Assembly (NCBI GenBank): GCA_013362315.1
Contig: JABFWL010000227.1
Span: 6,037-70,036, forward strand
From: Catenulispora sp.
GTDB lineage: Bacteria; Actinomycetota; Actinomycetes; Streptomycetales; Catenulisporaceae
Direction: 5' to 3'
DNA length: 64,000 nt
Below are positions 56,055-64,000 of this stretch, piece by piece. A model generated the notes under the pieces. It made no database searches. It was not told the DNA's origin and was given only the letters and a program-made list of their open reading frames with translations. Every line of letters begins with the position of its first letter. Position 1 is the first letter of the stretch. The translations under genes and the position numbers were made by a program.

Positions 56055-56443
56055 GCGTCGGACTGATCCTCGACCCCTCGGCGCTGCTGCTGCATCTGCG
56101 TCTGGAGCGCGTGTCGATCGGCGAACTCATCAGCGAGGTCATCGACGCGGACCAACTGGTCGGCGTACCGGCCCTCGCGGTCGTCGACGTCTGGCCGCAC
56201 CTGGAGCGCGAAGACGTCGACCGGATGCAGCGAATGCTGACCTGGGACGACAGCGGCATCGTCGTCCTGCCACTGACGCAAGACTCGCTGCTCGACGTCC
56301 ACGGCACCCTGCCCGCGGTGAAGGGCTCCGGGGTGGCACACGCCGTGGTGGAGGCACGCCGGTACGGCTGCTTGCTGGCCACCGACCGGCCCGGCGACGT
56401 CGGGACAGCGCTCGATTGGGATGACCTGCTCGAACTCTCGTAG
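56051..56443 (+). CDS. PIN-domain (VapC-like) protein, possibly degenerate
   Basis: LILDPSALL and LLATD motifs; GTGA overlap. Confidence 0.65.
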   Translation: MSVGLILDPSALLLHLRLERVSIGELISEVIDADQLVGVPALAVVDVWPHLEREDVDRMQRMLTWDDSGIVVLPLTQDSLLDVHGTLPAVKGSGVAHAVVEARRYGCLLATDRPGDVGTALDWDDLLELS

Positions 56444-56631
56444 CGAGGTCGCAGCTCAGACGCGAGCGCGCCCGTTCGCGAGTGCAGCGCCGGCGGAGAA
56501 GCCTATCGGTGCGAACTCGAGGACGGGCGAGCTCCCCCGTTCAGAAGGGCCGACCCCAGTGGTGAACCCGGCCATCCACGCTCGCGCCAGCCCTGCCCGG
56601 CTGACACGCGGTCATGCTCGTCGACGAGAAC

Positions 56632-57072
56632 TTAGCGACGCTGGGCCAGCTCCCGCATGGCCGTGCGCAGAGGCAGGTATTCGCCGGTCGGATCAGGCCG
56701 GCGTGCATGCAGGTGCAGCGGCAGCCACATTCGGCGGTCTAGCCTCGGGTACGCCGGGGGCAAGGCCGGCCACGCGTCGACGCCGCCGCTGACCGAGATC
56801 CGGGGAACCTTCGTGTAGTCGACGCCTTCCTGGGGCTCGACCTGTTTGGCGCGTACCCACATGGTCAGCAGCGCCCGTAACTGGCTGCCGCGAAACCGCT
56901 GCCAAGGCCAGCAGATCCCGGCCGCCCAACCGTCCGGATAAGCAGCCCACACCAACAGTGCGGCCTTCACGCGATGCGGCGATCCCTCCAGGGAGTCGAC
57001 GCCGTGCACGAACACGGTCGGCGGCTCATCCGGCACGAGCCCGGTCAGCGACGTCACGTGGTCGGGCGGCAT
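56632..57072 (-). CDS. Hypothetical protein
   Basis: Trp-rich, protein-like ORF. Confidence 0.5.
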   Translation of the reverse strand: MPPDHVTSLTGLVPDEPPTVFVHGVDSLEGSPHRVKAALLVWAAYPDGWAAGICWPWQRFRGSQLRALLTMWVRAKQVEPQEGVDYTKVPRISVSGGVDAWPALPPAYPRLDRRMWLPLHLHARRPDPTGEYLPLRTAMRELAQRR

Positions 57073-57130
57073 CGGCCGAGCCTACGGCGTGCGGATGGAG
57101 CAGCAGACATCGCGCAACCGCGATCGATGA

Positions 57131-57322
57131 TCACGCCGCCGGTCGCCGCTCAGGCTCGGGCCGGTGGGGCAGTTCGTCGGTGTCGCCGACCAGCCAGTGC
57201 AGGAACGCGATGACGCAGGCGTTCATGTCGAGGCCGACCTCGCCCGCCGCCGCCTGGGCGCGCCGGTACAGCTCAGGGTCGGGCCGGTAGACGGCGGCGC
57301 GGTTCTTGTGTCGATTCGGCAC
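57131..57322 (-). CDS. Small ribbon-helix-helix protein
   Basis: MPNRHK...YRPD.ELY.RA......MN..V.AFL.W. Confidence 0.65.
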   Translation of the reverse strand: MPNRHKNRAAVYRPDPELYRRAQAAAGEVGLDMNACVIAFLHWLVGDTDELPHRPEPERRPAA

Positions 57323-57339
57323 TAGATCATCATGACACG

Positions 57340-57408
57340 GTGGCTAGCCACTGCGGTTGGCATTGCAAAAACGGCCGTTTTTGCATACGCTCGGGTGGCT
57401 AGCCACCC
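57340..57408. promoter_or_regulatory. Divergent control region: GTGGCTAGCCAC x2 flanking the 22-bp palindrome TGCAAAAACGGCCGTTTTTGCA; promoter TTGCAA-17-TACGCT
   Basis: Palindromes at 57340-57351, 57364-57385 and 57393-57408. Confidence 0.8.
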
Positions 57409-57430
57409 CGACCACGAAGGATGGATCTAC

Positions 57431-58642
57431 ATGAGCGGACAGGCCCTGGGGCAAGGCGCGGCGGACACCGCCATGCGGCTGCGGGCGGTCACCGGCGAGC
57501 TGGCCGAACGCTTCTACGAGCGCGATGACGTCGTGCGGGCGCTGATGGTCGCTGTGCTGGCCAGCCAGCACAGCCTCGTCCTGGGACCGCCCGGGACGGC
57601 GAAGTCGGAGCTGGCCCGGGAGCTGACCGGGCGGATCGACGGGGCGAACTACTGGGAGATCCTGCTGAGCAAGTTCACCGCGCCGACGCGCATGTTCGGC
57701 CCGATCGACGTCGCCGCGCTGAGCCGGGGGGAATACCGGCAGGTGTTCGAGGGCCGGGCCACCCAGGCGCACATCGCGTTCATCGACGAGATCTTCAAGT
57801 GCTCCACGGCAGCGCTGAACGAAACGCTGGGGCTGCTCAATGAGCGGCTGTACCACCCGGAGAACGGTGGGACGCCGATCGCCTGCCCGCTAATCGCGGC
57901 GATCACCGCGTCGAACGAGCTGCCCTCGGGCGAGGACAGCGCCGCGATCTACGACCGGCTGCTAGTCCGGCTGGAAGTCGGCTATCTGGCCGACCCGTCC
58001 AACTTCGCGGCGCTGGTCCGCTCGGCGGTCACCGACACGTCCCCGGCGGCGCGGACCACAGTGGATCTGGCGGCGCTGCAGCACGCCGTCACGGTCGAGG
58101 TCCCGGCGATCGCCGTGCCGGACGCGGCGGTCGACGCGGTGTGCACTCTGCGGGCGGCGCTGCGCCGCAAGGAGCTCGTCTCGTCTGACCGGCGCTGGCG
58201 GCAGGCAGTCAGGCTGCTGCAAGCCTCGGCGTACCTGGATGGCCGCCCCGAGGTCGGCGACGTGGACCTGGCGGTGCTCACCCACGTGCTGTGGGACTCC
58301 CCCGCACAGCGGTCCACCGTGGAGCGCGAGGTTCTGCAGCTGGTCAACCCGGACGCCAAGGAAGCCCTGGACCTGGCCGACGCGATCGACGAGCTGGAGG
58401 CTGAGCTGGACGCCAAGGCCGGCCAGTCCCGCGAGTCGCTATCCACCTGGGCGATCAAGGAGGCCAACGGCAAACTCGCCAAGGCCGGAAAGCGGCTGAC
58501 GGCGATGCGCGCCGACGCCGCCGCTGCCGGGCGGTCCACGGCGACCCTGGACCGGGTGCTGACCCGCCAGCGAGCCGTGCACGCCCGCATCCTCACCGAA
58601 GCGCTCGGGGTGGACGCCAGCATGGTCAAGGCGCAGCTGTGA
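57431..58642 (+). CDS. MoxR/RavA-type AAA+ ATPase
   Basis: GPPGTAKS, FGP, FIDEIFK, ASNELP, YDRL and SDRRW motifs. Confidence 0.92.
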   Translation: MSGQALGQGAADTAMRLRAVTGELAERFYERDDVVRALMVAVLASQHSLVLGPPGTAKSELARELTGRIDGANYWEILLSKFTAPTRMFGPIDVAALSRGEYRQVFEGRATQAHIAFIDEIFKCSTAALNETLGLLNERLYHPENGGTPIACPLIAAITASNELPSGEDSAAIYDRLLVRLEVGYLADPSNFAALVRSAVTDTSPAARTTVDLAALQHAVTVEVPAIAVPDAAVDAVCTLRAALRRKELVSSDRRWRQAVRLLQASAYLDGRPEVGDVDLAVLTHVLWDSPAQRSTVEREVLQLVNPDAKEALDLADAIDELEAELDAKAGQSRESLSTWAIKEANGKLAKAGKRLTAMRADAAAAGRSTATLDRVLTRQRAVHARILTEALGVDASMVKAQL

Positions 58643-60261
58643 TGGGCAAGGCCACCAACGCTCTCAAGGAGCTGGCGCGCCGGGCCGGGCGCTGGCTCGG
58701 CCTGGCCGACACCGCCCCCACACTGGCACACACCACCGCCATCGTGGCCGACCGGTTCGACGCGATGTCCTGGCGCGACACCCTCGACCAGGCCACCGCC
58801 CTGCAGGAGCTGGCAGAAGAGCTGGCCGAGCGCCACGACCACACCACCGACCTGCTGGCCGACGTATTCCTGGCCGCCTACAAGGCCGACCCACAGATCC
58901 GGCCACAGTCCGACATGGACCCCGCGCGGCTGGTCAACCACCAGGTCATCACCAGCCTGCTGGGCAGCCCCGAGTTCGCCGAGCTGCGCCGCGAGACCGC
59001 CGGCGACCCGTACGCCGCGGCGATGGCCGTCCTGGCCCAAGCCGATGGACTGCGCCGCATGCTCGACCACGCCCGCGACGCCCACACCCAGGCCCAGCAG
59101 GCCGCCGAAGCCCGCCAGCGGGCCGCCGAAGCCGCCCAGGCGGTAGCCGCCGCCCTCGACGCGGCGGCCGCCGCCGAACACGACGGCATCATCCCCGACG
59201 AGCACGCCCAGGCCGTGACCGACGCGATCGCCGCCGCCGAACACGCCGGCCAAGAAGCCGCCACGGCCGCCGCCCAGGCGATCCAGGCCATTACGGCAGC
59301 CGCGCCCGGCCTACGCGTAGCCGCCCGGCAGGCCGCAACCCACGCGGCCAAGCAGGCCCAGGAAGAGGCCGCGCTGATGGCCGCCTGGGGCATCGGCCCC
59401 GGGCAGCTGCAGCGCATGGACTTCGACCAGCGCGCCCAACTGGCCCAGCGGCTACGCAGCGGGCGGCTCGGCCGGTTCGCCGACCTGATCGGCAGGTTCC
59501 GGCAGATGGCCTCCGGCGAACGCGCCCGCCGGGTCGAGAACGCGCCCGGCGAACTCGTCGGCGTCACCCTCGGCGACGACCTGTCCCGCCTCGTTCCCGG
59601 CGAGACCGCCAACCTCGGAACGGCCGCCCTGCGGCCGGTGTTCGCCGCCCGGTACGCCGAAGCCCGGCTCATGCTCTACGACAGCCGAGGCGAGCAGCAC
59701 ACCGGCCAGGGCGCGATCATCGCCGTCGTCGACTGCTCCGGCTCCATGGCAACCCCGCAGGCCGAAGGGATCACCGGCGAAGCCTGGGCCAAGGCATGCA
59801 CCCTCGCCCTGCTCGACCAGGCCCGCGCCGCCCGCCGCGACTTCACCGCGATCCTGTTCTCCGATGCCGGCGAGCAGGCCGCGTTCACCTTCCCCGCCGG
59901 CACCCCGGCGCCGATCGGTGACGTCGTGAAGCTGGCCGAGACGTTCTACGGCGGCGGCACGGACTTCGCCGCCCCACTGTCCGCAGCCGCCGAACTGCTC
60001 GCCGAGCAGTACAACCTCGACGGCCACGCCCGCGGCGACATCGTCCTGATCACCGACGGCGAATGCGGCGTGACCGAGGACTGGATGCGCGCCTGGAACG
60101 ACAGCAAGCACCAGCTCGGCTTCCGCACCTTCGGTATCGCCATCGGCTCGCCGGCGGCCACCGCCCCCGGCGGCGTCCTGGATGCCCTGTGCGACAACCT
60201 GCGCGACATCACCGACCTCACCGACACCCATGCCGCCGCTGACCTGTTCCGCCTGATCTGA
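58639..60261 (+). CDS. VWA-domain protein (ViaA-like partner)
   Basis: MIDAS DCSGSM, GGGTDF and ITDG motifs; G.DLSRL.P.E. Confidence 0.9.
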   Translation: MMGKATNALKELARRAGRWLGLADTAPTLAHTTAIVADRFDAMSWRDTLDQATALQELAEELAERHDHTTDLLADVFLAAYKADPQIRPQSDMDPARLVNHQVITSLLGSPEFAELRRETAGDPYAAAMAVLAQADGLRRMLDHARDAHTQAQQAAEARQRAAEAAQAVAAALDAAAAAEHDGIIPDEHAQAVTDAIAAAEHAGQEAATAAAQAIQAITAAAPGLRVAARQAATHAAKQAQEEAALMAAWGIGPGQLQRMDFDQRAQLAQRLRSGRLGRFADLIGRFRQMASGERARRVENAPGELVGVTLGDDLSRLVPGETANLGTAALRPVFAARYAEARLMLYDSRGEQHTGQGAIIAVVDCSGSMATPQAEGITGEAWAKACTLALLDQARAARRDFTAILFSDAGEQAAFTFPAGTPAPIGDVVKLAETFYGGGTDFAAPLSAAAELLAEQYNLDGHARGDIVLITDGECGVTEDWMRAWNDSKHQLGFRTFGIAIGSPAATAPGGVLDALCDNLRDITDLTDTHAAADLFRLI

Positions 60262-60296
60262 CCCGACCACCATCGACCACATCGAAAGGCCGCCGT

Positions 60297-60314
60297 CTAA
60301 AACGGCCGTTTTAG
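60297..60314. promoter_or_regulatory. Palindrome CTAAAACGGCCGTTTTAG (copy 2)
   Basis: Perfect 18-bp palindrome just upstream of an RBS. Confidence 0.75.
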
Positions 60315-60331
60315 CAAAGGAACGTCTTGCC

Positions 60332-61450
60332 ATGACAACGTCTACCGGGACAACGCCTGCCAGCCCCGACGAGGCCGCCGACCATGTGACCGGTGATCAG
60401 GCGTTCGACGCGTACGCCGCGGCGATGACCGGCCCCGGTGCTCCGCTCCTGGGCCACCTGGTCCTCTACAGCATCTTCGATGGCGAGGTCACCCGCGACG
60501 ACCTGGTCCGGTGGTTCACCGAGTTGCAGCTGGACCCGCAGTTCGTACCGGCCCAGCTGCGCCCGGTCGACGCGTACGAAAGGGTCACCGGCCCGGACGG
60601 AGTACGCGTCAGCTACCCGCTGCCCCTGGTAGACCCCGGGGACGTCATCGCCCGCACCGGCCGCAAGACCACCGGCCGCGCCCCAGGCCGTGGCGTGGTC
60701 CGTAAGCAGGCAACCCTCATGGTGCGGCCGGTGACCCGCGACGGCGGCCAGATCGTGCGCCACATCGTGCGGGAAGTCCGCGACGAGGAACAGACCCGGC
60801 TGTCCTACGACACCTGCCTCGGCTCGGCGATCTTCCGACGTGACAACGACGTCGACGAGGCCGGCGCCGGGGAACTTCTCGTGGAGCCGCAGACCACGGC
60901 CATCGCCGAGCTGCCCGATCCGGAGCAGGCGGTGGTCCGGCACATGCTCACTCACCTGCAGACCGAGTACCGCCACCGGTGCACCTACGTCAGCGGCGAC
61001 AAGCTGCGCGGCGTGATCCGCACCTACATCGAATCGCTCAACGCCGTGCGGGTCCGCCCGACCGGCGGCGTCTACTTCGTCCACGCCCAGCACGCCCACA
61101 CCCTGACAGCGCTGCGCGAACTCGTCTCCCGATTCGCCGCCGGGTCGCACCTGGTCCGCATCCCACTGCCCGACGCCGACGAGATGCGCGAGATGGTCAT
61201 CAACGCCTTCACCACCAAAGCAAAGGACGACCTCGACAAACTCGCCCGCGACATCGCCACCGCTCAGCACCAGAACGCCGGCGACGACACCATCCAGAAG
61301 CTCTACAGCCGGTTCGCCGAACTCCAGCAGGCCACGACCGAACACGCCAGCCTGCTGTCCACCACGCTCGACGACACCACCGCCGCACTCGACCTGGTCA
61401 AACTCCAACTCGGCAGCTTCCTCGCCACCGCTGGCGACGGCCAGGACTGA
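60332..61450 (+). CDS. DUF6744-like protein
   Basis: LLGHLVLYS and VR.TGGVYFV motifs; coiled-coil tail; family call from recall. Confidence 0.7.
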   Translation: MTTSTGTTPASPDEAADHVTGDQAFDAYAAAMTGPGAPLLGHLVLYSIFDGEVTRDDLVRWFTELQLDPQFVPAQLRPVDAYERVTGPDGVRVSYPLPLVDPGDVIARTGRKTTGRAPGRGVVRKQATLMVRPVTRDGGQIVRHIVREVRDEEQTRLSYDTCLGSAIFRRDNDVDEAGAGELLVEPQTTAIAELPDPEQAVVRHMLTHLQTEYRHRCTYVSGDKLRGVIRTYIESLNAVRVRPTGGVYFVHAQHAHTLTALRELVSRFAAGSHLVRIPLPDADEMREMVINAFTTKAKDDLDKLARDIATAQHQNAGDDTIQKLYSRFAELQQATTEHASLLSTTLDDTTAALDLVKLQLGSFLATAGDGQD

Positions 61451-61478
61451 CCAACCAGCACAAGCAGTCCCCCGAACC

Positions 61479-61514
61479 GTCCGGATGCTGAAACGGCCGT
61501 TTTAGCATCCGGAC
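61479..61514. promoter_or_regulatory. Extended palindrome GTCCGGATGCTGAAACGGCCGTTTTAGCATCCGGAC (copy 3)
   Basis: 36 nt with one mismatch; intergenic. Confidence 0.75.
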
Positions 61515-61563
61515 CGCCCATCAAACCATCAAACCGGCACCATCCAAGCGAAGGAGCCGCACC

Positions 61564-61905
61564 ATGAACGACAAGACCCGATGCCCGGGCTGCCAGGTTG
61601 CGCCGGGCCACGCGCACGAAGACACCTGCGCCCATGCCCGATGCCCAGCCTGCGGTGAGCAGGCGCTGACAGACGACTGCGACACCGATCAACCCGCCCT
61701 GTGGCACGGGGTCGACCAACGTGCGGAGGTCGCCCGAGCCCTCAACTGGTGGACCACGGCGCCCGGTGTAGACCATCTGGTGGAGGACTACACCCGGGTG
61801 CTGTTCGCCATCGCGTACGACCAGATCGCATGGGAGCCGCAGGCCCAGCGGTACGTCATCGGGCAGATCGACGAAGCGATGCTGGACCGCGTGGCCGGCC
61901 GTTAG
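61564..61905 (+). CDS. Cys/His-rich zinc-binding hypothetical protein
   Basis: CPGC..H...C..RCPACG.Q; GAAGGAG RBS. Confidence 0.75.
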   Translation: MNDKTRCPGCQVAPGHAHEDTCAHARCPACGEQALTDDCDTDQPALWHGVDQRAEVARALNWWTTAPGVDHLVEDYTRVLFAIAYDQIAWEPQAQRYVIGQIDEAMLDRVAGR

Positions 61906-61944
61906 GCGGCCGCTGTCAGCGCTGACCGCCCACCCCAGCCCGCC

Positions 61945-62070
61945 ACACCGCTGCGCCTCGGGTACGCCGTACCCCGCCATCTACTCGAGCGCGTCGGCGA
62001 GCTCGACGAAGACACCGCCGAAGCCGTCCAGCTGCGCATCCGTGGCGTCCCTACCCGCACCAGCCGATAG
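61945..62070 (+). pseudogene. 3' remnant of a PemK/MazF-like toxin gene, paralogous to 29943..30266
   Basis: Translates TPLRLGYAVPRHLLERVGELDEDTAEAVQLRIRGVPTRTSR*, versus TPLRLGYAVPSRLTERVAVLDEDTAEAVELRIRAVLTRTGR*. Confidence 0.85.
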
Positions 62071-62089
62071 CCGCAGGAGGCGAACATCC

Positions 62090-62671
62090 ATGACCGACCA
62101 CACTGGACTTGATGTGCTCGTCGTCGACGAGCCCGCGAGCGCCCGTCAGCGACCGGAGCCGTGGTTCGGCAACCTGCTGGACTGGCAGCGCGACCCGGAC
62201 ACCGACATGCGCTGCGCCTGGCACGGCGGCCGGACGCGCTACATCACCAAGCTGTCGCGCGGCGACGCCGACGCCCACAAGACCCGCCCCGGCTGGCACA
62301 TGTGGGACGACGACCGGGACGGCTGGCACGGCATCGGCCCGCTCGTCGGCACCACGCTGCGCACGGCGTATCAGCTCGCCGAAGCGTGGATCATCTGCCC
62401 GTACGCCGACATGATGGCGTACCCGCGACTCTGGCTAGCCGTCGCCGGAAACCGGGTGGCCTGGGAGCTGGGCACTATCGCCAAAGACGACCAGCAGCCG
62501 CGGTTCAAGCTCACCCGTGCCGGCGTCACGGTGGCCAGCATCGAGCCGGTCTTCCTCGGCCGGGGCGGAGCCGTTAGCGTCCGATGGCGCGCCTTCGACC
62601 CTGCCGGAACCCTGCTGGCCAGCGGCACCCGATGGGCCGAAACGCTCGCCGAACTACAGACCACGCTCTGA
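62090..62671 (+). CDS. Hypothetical Trp-rich protein
   Basis: AGGAGG RBS. Confidence 0.7.
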   Translation: MTDHTGLDVLVVDEPASARQRPEPWFGNLLDWQRDPDTDMRCAWHGGRTRYITKLSRGDADAHKTRPGWHMWDDDRDGWHGIGPLVGTTLRTAYQLAEAWIICPYADMMAYPRLWLAVAGNRVAWELGTIAKDDQQPRFKLTRAGVTVASIEPVFLGRGGAVSVRWRAFDPAGTLLASGTRWAETLAELQTTL

Positions 62672-62691
62672 GCCTTAACCGGAGAAACGCC

Positions 62692-62898
62692 ATGGCCAGC
62701 CAGCTCCCGGGAGCCCAGCATCACACCGAGGTCGGCGAGTACCCCGAGATGCAGATGACCTCGGCCAGCTGCACGTGCGGATGGTCGAAGGTGTTCGCGT
62801 ACGCCCGGCCCACCGGCGCCGTGCCCGCGGCTCGGCTCGCGCGGATGCGCGCCGAGCTGCACGAGAAGCATCCCGAGGAGCGATACGCCCCGGAGTGA
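62692..62898 (+). CDS. Small zinc-finger-like protein (H..CTCGW..H)
   Basis: GGAG RBS. Confidence 0.6.
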   Translation: MASQLPGAQHHTEVGEYPEMQMTSASCTCGWSKVFAYARPTGAVPAARLARMRAELHEKHPEERYAPE

Positions 62899-62971
62899 TC
62901 CCCGCCCAACAACACGAGCGGCCCCGCCCGGAAGCAAAGACCGCTCGCGACTCCGAAGGAGCAGATCCATC

Positions 62972-63439
62972 ATGACCCCTGACCAGCCAACAGCCGAGCG
63001 GATCGCCGCGGCCATCACCGACGTCCGTACCGAGCTCGGCCGCGTCGACGCGAAGGCCGGTACCTTGCTAGGCATCGTGGGCGTGCTGATCGGTCTCGTC
63101 GGCTCGGTCCTGCTGACCCAGCTGCAGAACGGCGCGGCCGTCCTCGGCTGGCTGTCGGTGGCGATCCTGGCCGCCAGCGCCGGCGCGTTGCTCGTCGCCA
63201 TCTACCCGCGCTTGCCGCGTCTGGCGGGTTCGCTCTCCGACCAGGCCGCCATGACCGTCGACCAGGTACGCGACGCCTACGCCGACGTCGACAGCGTCCT
63301 CCAGGCCCGCGCCGCCCAGCTGCCCGGCATGGCCCGGCTCGCGCTCATCAAGTACCGCACCGTCCAGCTCGCCTCCTGGCTGCTCGGACTCGGCGTCGCC
63401 GTCCTGCTCGGCACCCTCGCCGCCCAGCTCGCTCATTGA
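62972..63439 (+). CDS. Pycsar-effector-family (PycTM/DUF5706-like) membrane protein, orphan
   Basis: R.DAKA..LL, A..PRL and A.LA..KY motifs; 3 TM helices. Confidence 0.75.
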   Translation: MTPDQPTAERIAAAITDVRTELGRVDAKAGTLLGIVGVLIGLVGSVLLTQLQNGAAVLGWLSVAILAASAGALLVAIYPRLPRLAGSLSDQAAMTVDQVRDAYADVDSVLQARAAQLPGMARLALIKYRTVQLASWLLGLGVAVLLGTLAAQLAH

Positions 63440-63453
63440 CGCCACGCACAAAC

Positions 63454-63483
63454 GAAGGCCAGGCCCGATCGGGCCTGGCCTTC
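63454..63483. terminator. Bidirectional terminator
   Basis: 30-nt perfect palindrome between convergent genes. Confidence 0.7.
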
Positions 63484-63511
63484 CGCTGTCAGGAGGTGTG
63501 CGCCCCTCAGG

Positions 63512-63760
63512 CTACCGCTCGTCTGGATCCGGAGCGTTGTGCCGGTCGATGACCGTGTGGTCGTCGGCGGGCACGATGCCGAAGGCCCGCAGCATCATGC
63601 CCGCGCCGCCGGTCGCCGCGCCCATCCGGCCGGCCGCGTCCGGGTGCAGGCCCTTCGCACGCAGCAGCTCGGCCACCTCGGCGACCAGCGCGTCCGGGCC
63701 GTAGGTCTCCACGGGCTCGCCGCGCTCGGCGGCACTGCGGTAGATCTCCGCGATATCCAT
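63512..63760 (-). CDS. Small hypothetical protein downstream of purC
   Basis: Closely follows the purC stop. Confidence 0.65.
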   Translation of the reverse strand: MDIAEIYRSAAERGEPVETYGPDALVAEVAELLRAKGLHPDAAGRMGAATGGAGMMLRAFGIVPADDHTVIDRHNAPDPDER

Positions 63761-63765
63761 GCTGG

Positions 63766-64000
63766 TCACACCCACTTCTCTCCGGTGATCCGCTCGTACA
63801 CGTCGATGTAGCGTGCGCGGGTCGCCTCCACGATCTCCGGCGGTACCTCCGGCCCCGGTGCCGTCTTGTCCCAGCCGGTCGACGCCGCCCAGTCCCGCAC
63901 GAACTGCTTGTCGAAGGCGTGCTGAGGTCGGCCCGGCTGCCACTGGTCAGCAGGCCAGAACCGCGACGAGTCCGAGGTCAGCACCTCATCGCCTAGGACC
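63766..64000 (-). CDS. purC: SAICAR synthetase, 3' end only
   Basis: DEVLT.DSSRFW, FDKQFVRDW and T.ARY...YERITG motifs. Confidence 0.93.
   Translation of the reverse strand, partial: VLGDEVLTSDSSRFWPADQWQPGRPQHAFDKQFVRDWAASTGWDKTAPGPEVPPEIVEATRARYIDVYERITGEKWV

Larger units (their letters stand above)
1..63490. mobile_element. Large conjugative/mobilisable genomic island (ICE/IME-like); left end lies outside the window
   Basis: MobF relaxase, VirD4-like protein, resolvase, TA pairs and many small hypothetical genes; no housekeeping genes until purC at the right edge. Right boundary is approximate and no att site was identified. Confidence 0.7.

Noticed and set aside
63440-63520. tRNA or att site at the island edge
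   Set aside because: Only a terminator palindrome is present; no cloverleaf or duplicated core was seen.

Overview
High-GC actinomycete DNA (Micromonosporaceae-like by gene content; this is an inference). About 63.5 kb looks like accessory DNA of a large conjugative/mobilisable island that ends next to the core gene purC at the right edge. No integrase, att site, VirB4, tRNA or CRISPR array is visible. From left to right: (1) 1-8.4 kb, a run of small + strand genes, including a DUF932 gene and a tandem winged-HTH gene, that point toward a putative oriT and a MobF/TrwC relaxase-helicase. Four copies of a CAATGRGTYAGAYTTATAA promoter/operator motif and a long structured non-coding stretch lie within it, so it resembles a conjugative leading (establishment) region. 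(2) An M48 peptidase, a VirD4-like coupling protein with no transmembrane segment, and a zinc-ribbon membrane protein in one operon. (3) A cargo cluster of ATP-grasp ligase, MFS exporter, three secreted proteins and a TDO-like / PLP-enzyme / TDO-like triad. (4) XRE, ImmA-like, MAB_1171c-like and MmyB-like regulators and a TA pair. (5) The best candidate for an undescribed system: a three-gene operon (HTH protein, degenerate AAA_28 NTPase, class I LysRS-like catalytic domain fused to ASCH) beside a res site and serine resolvase. It is followed by an ACAACAG-punctuated hairpin array and an unannotated 37-aa type I toxin-like peptide. (6) An orphan ImuA-like gene with an SOS-box-like site, a GPP34/APC/GNAT block, a module bracketed by 34-bp inverted promoter/operators, and an RHH-PIN pair. 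(7) A MoxR AAA / VWA / DUF6744-like block marked by a three-fold palindrome, and an orphan Pycsar-type effector. Family calls come from motif recognition only; no database searches were run.
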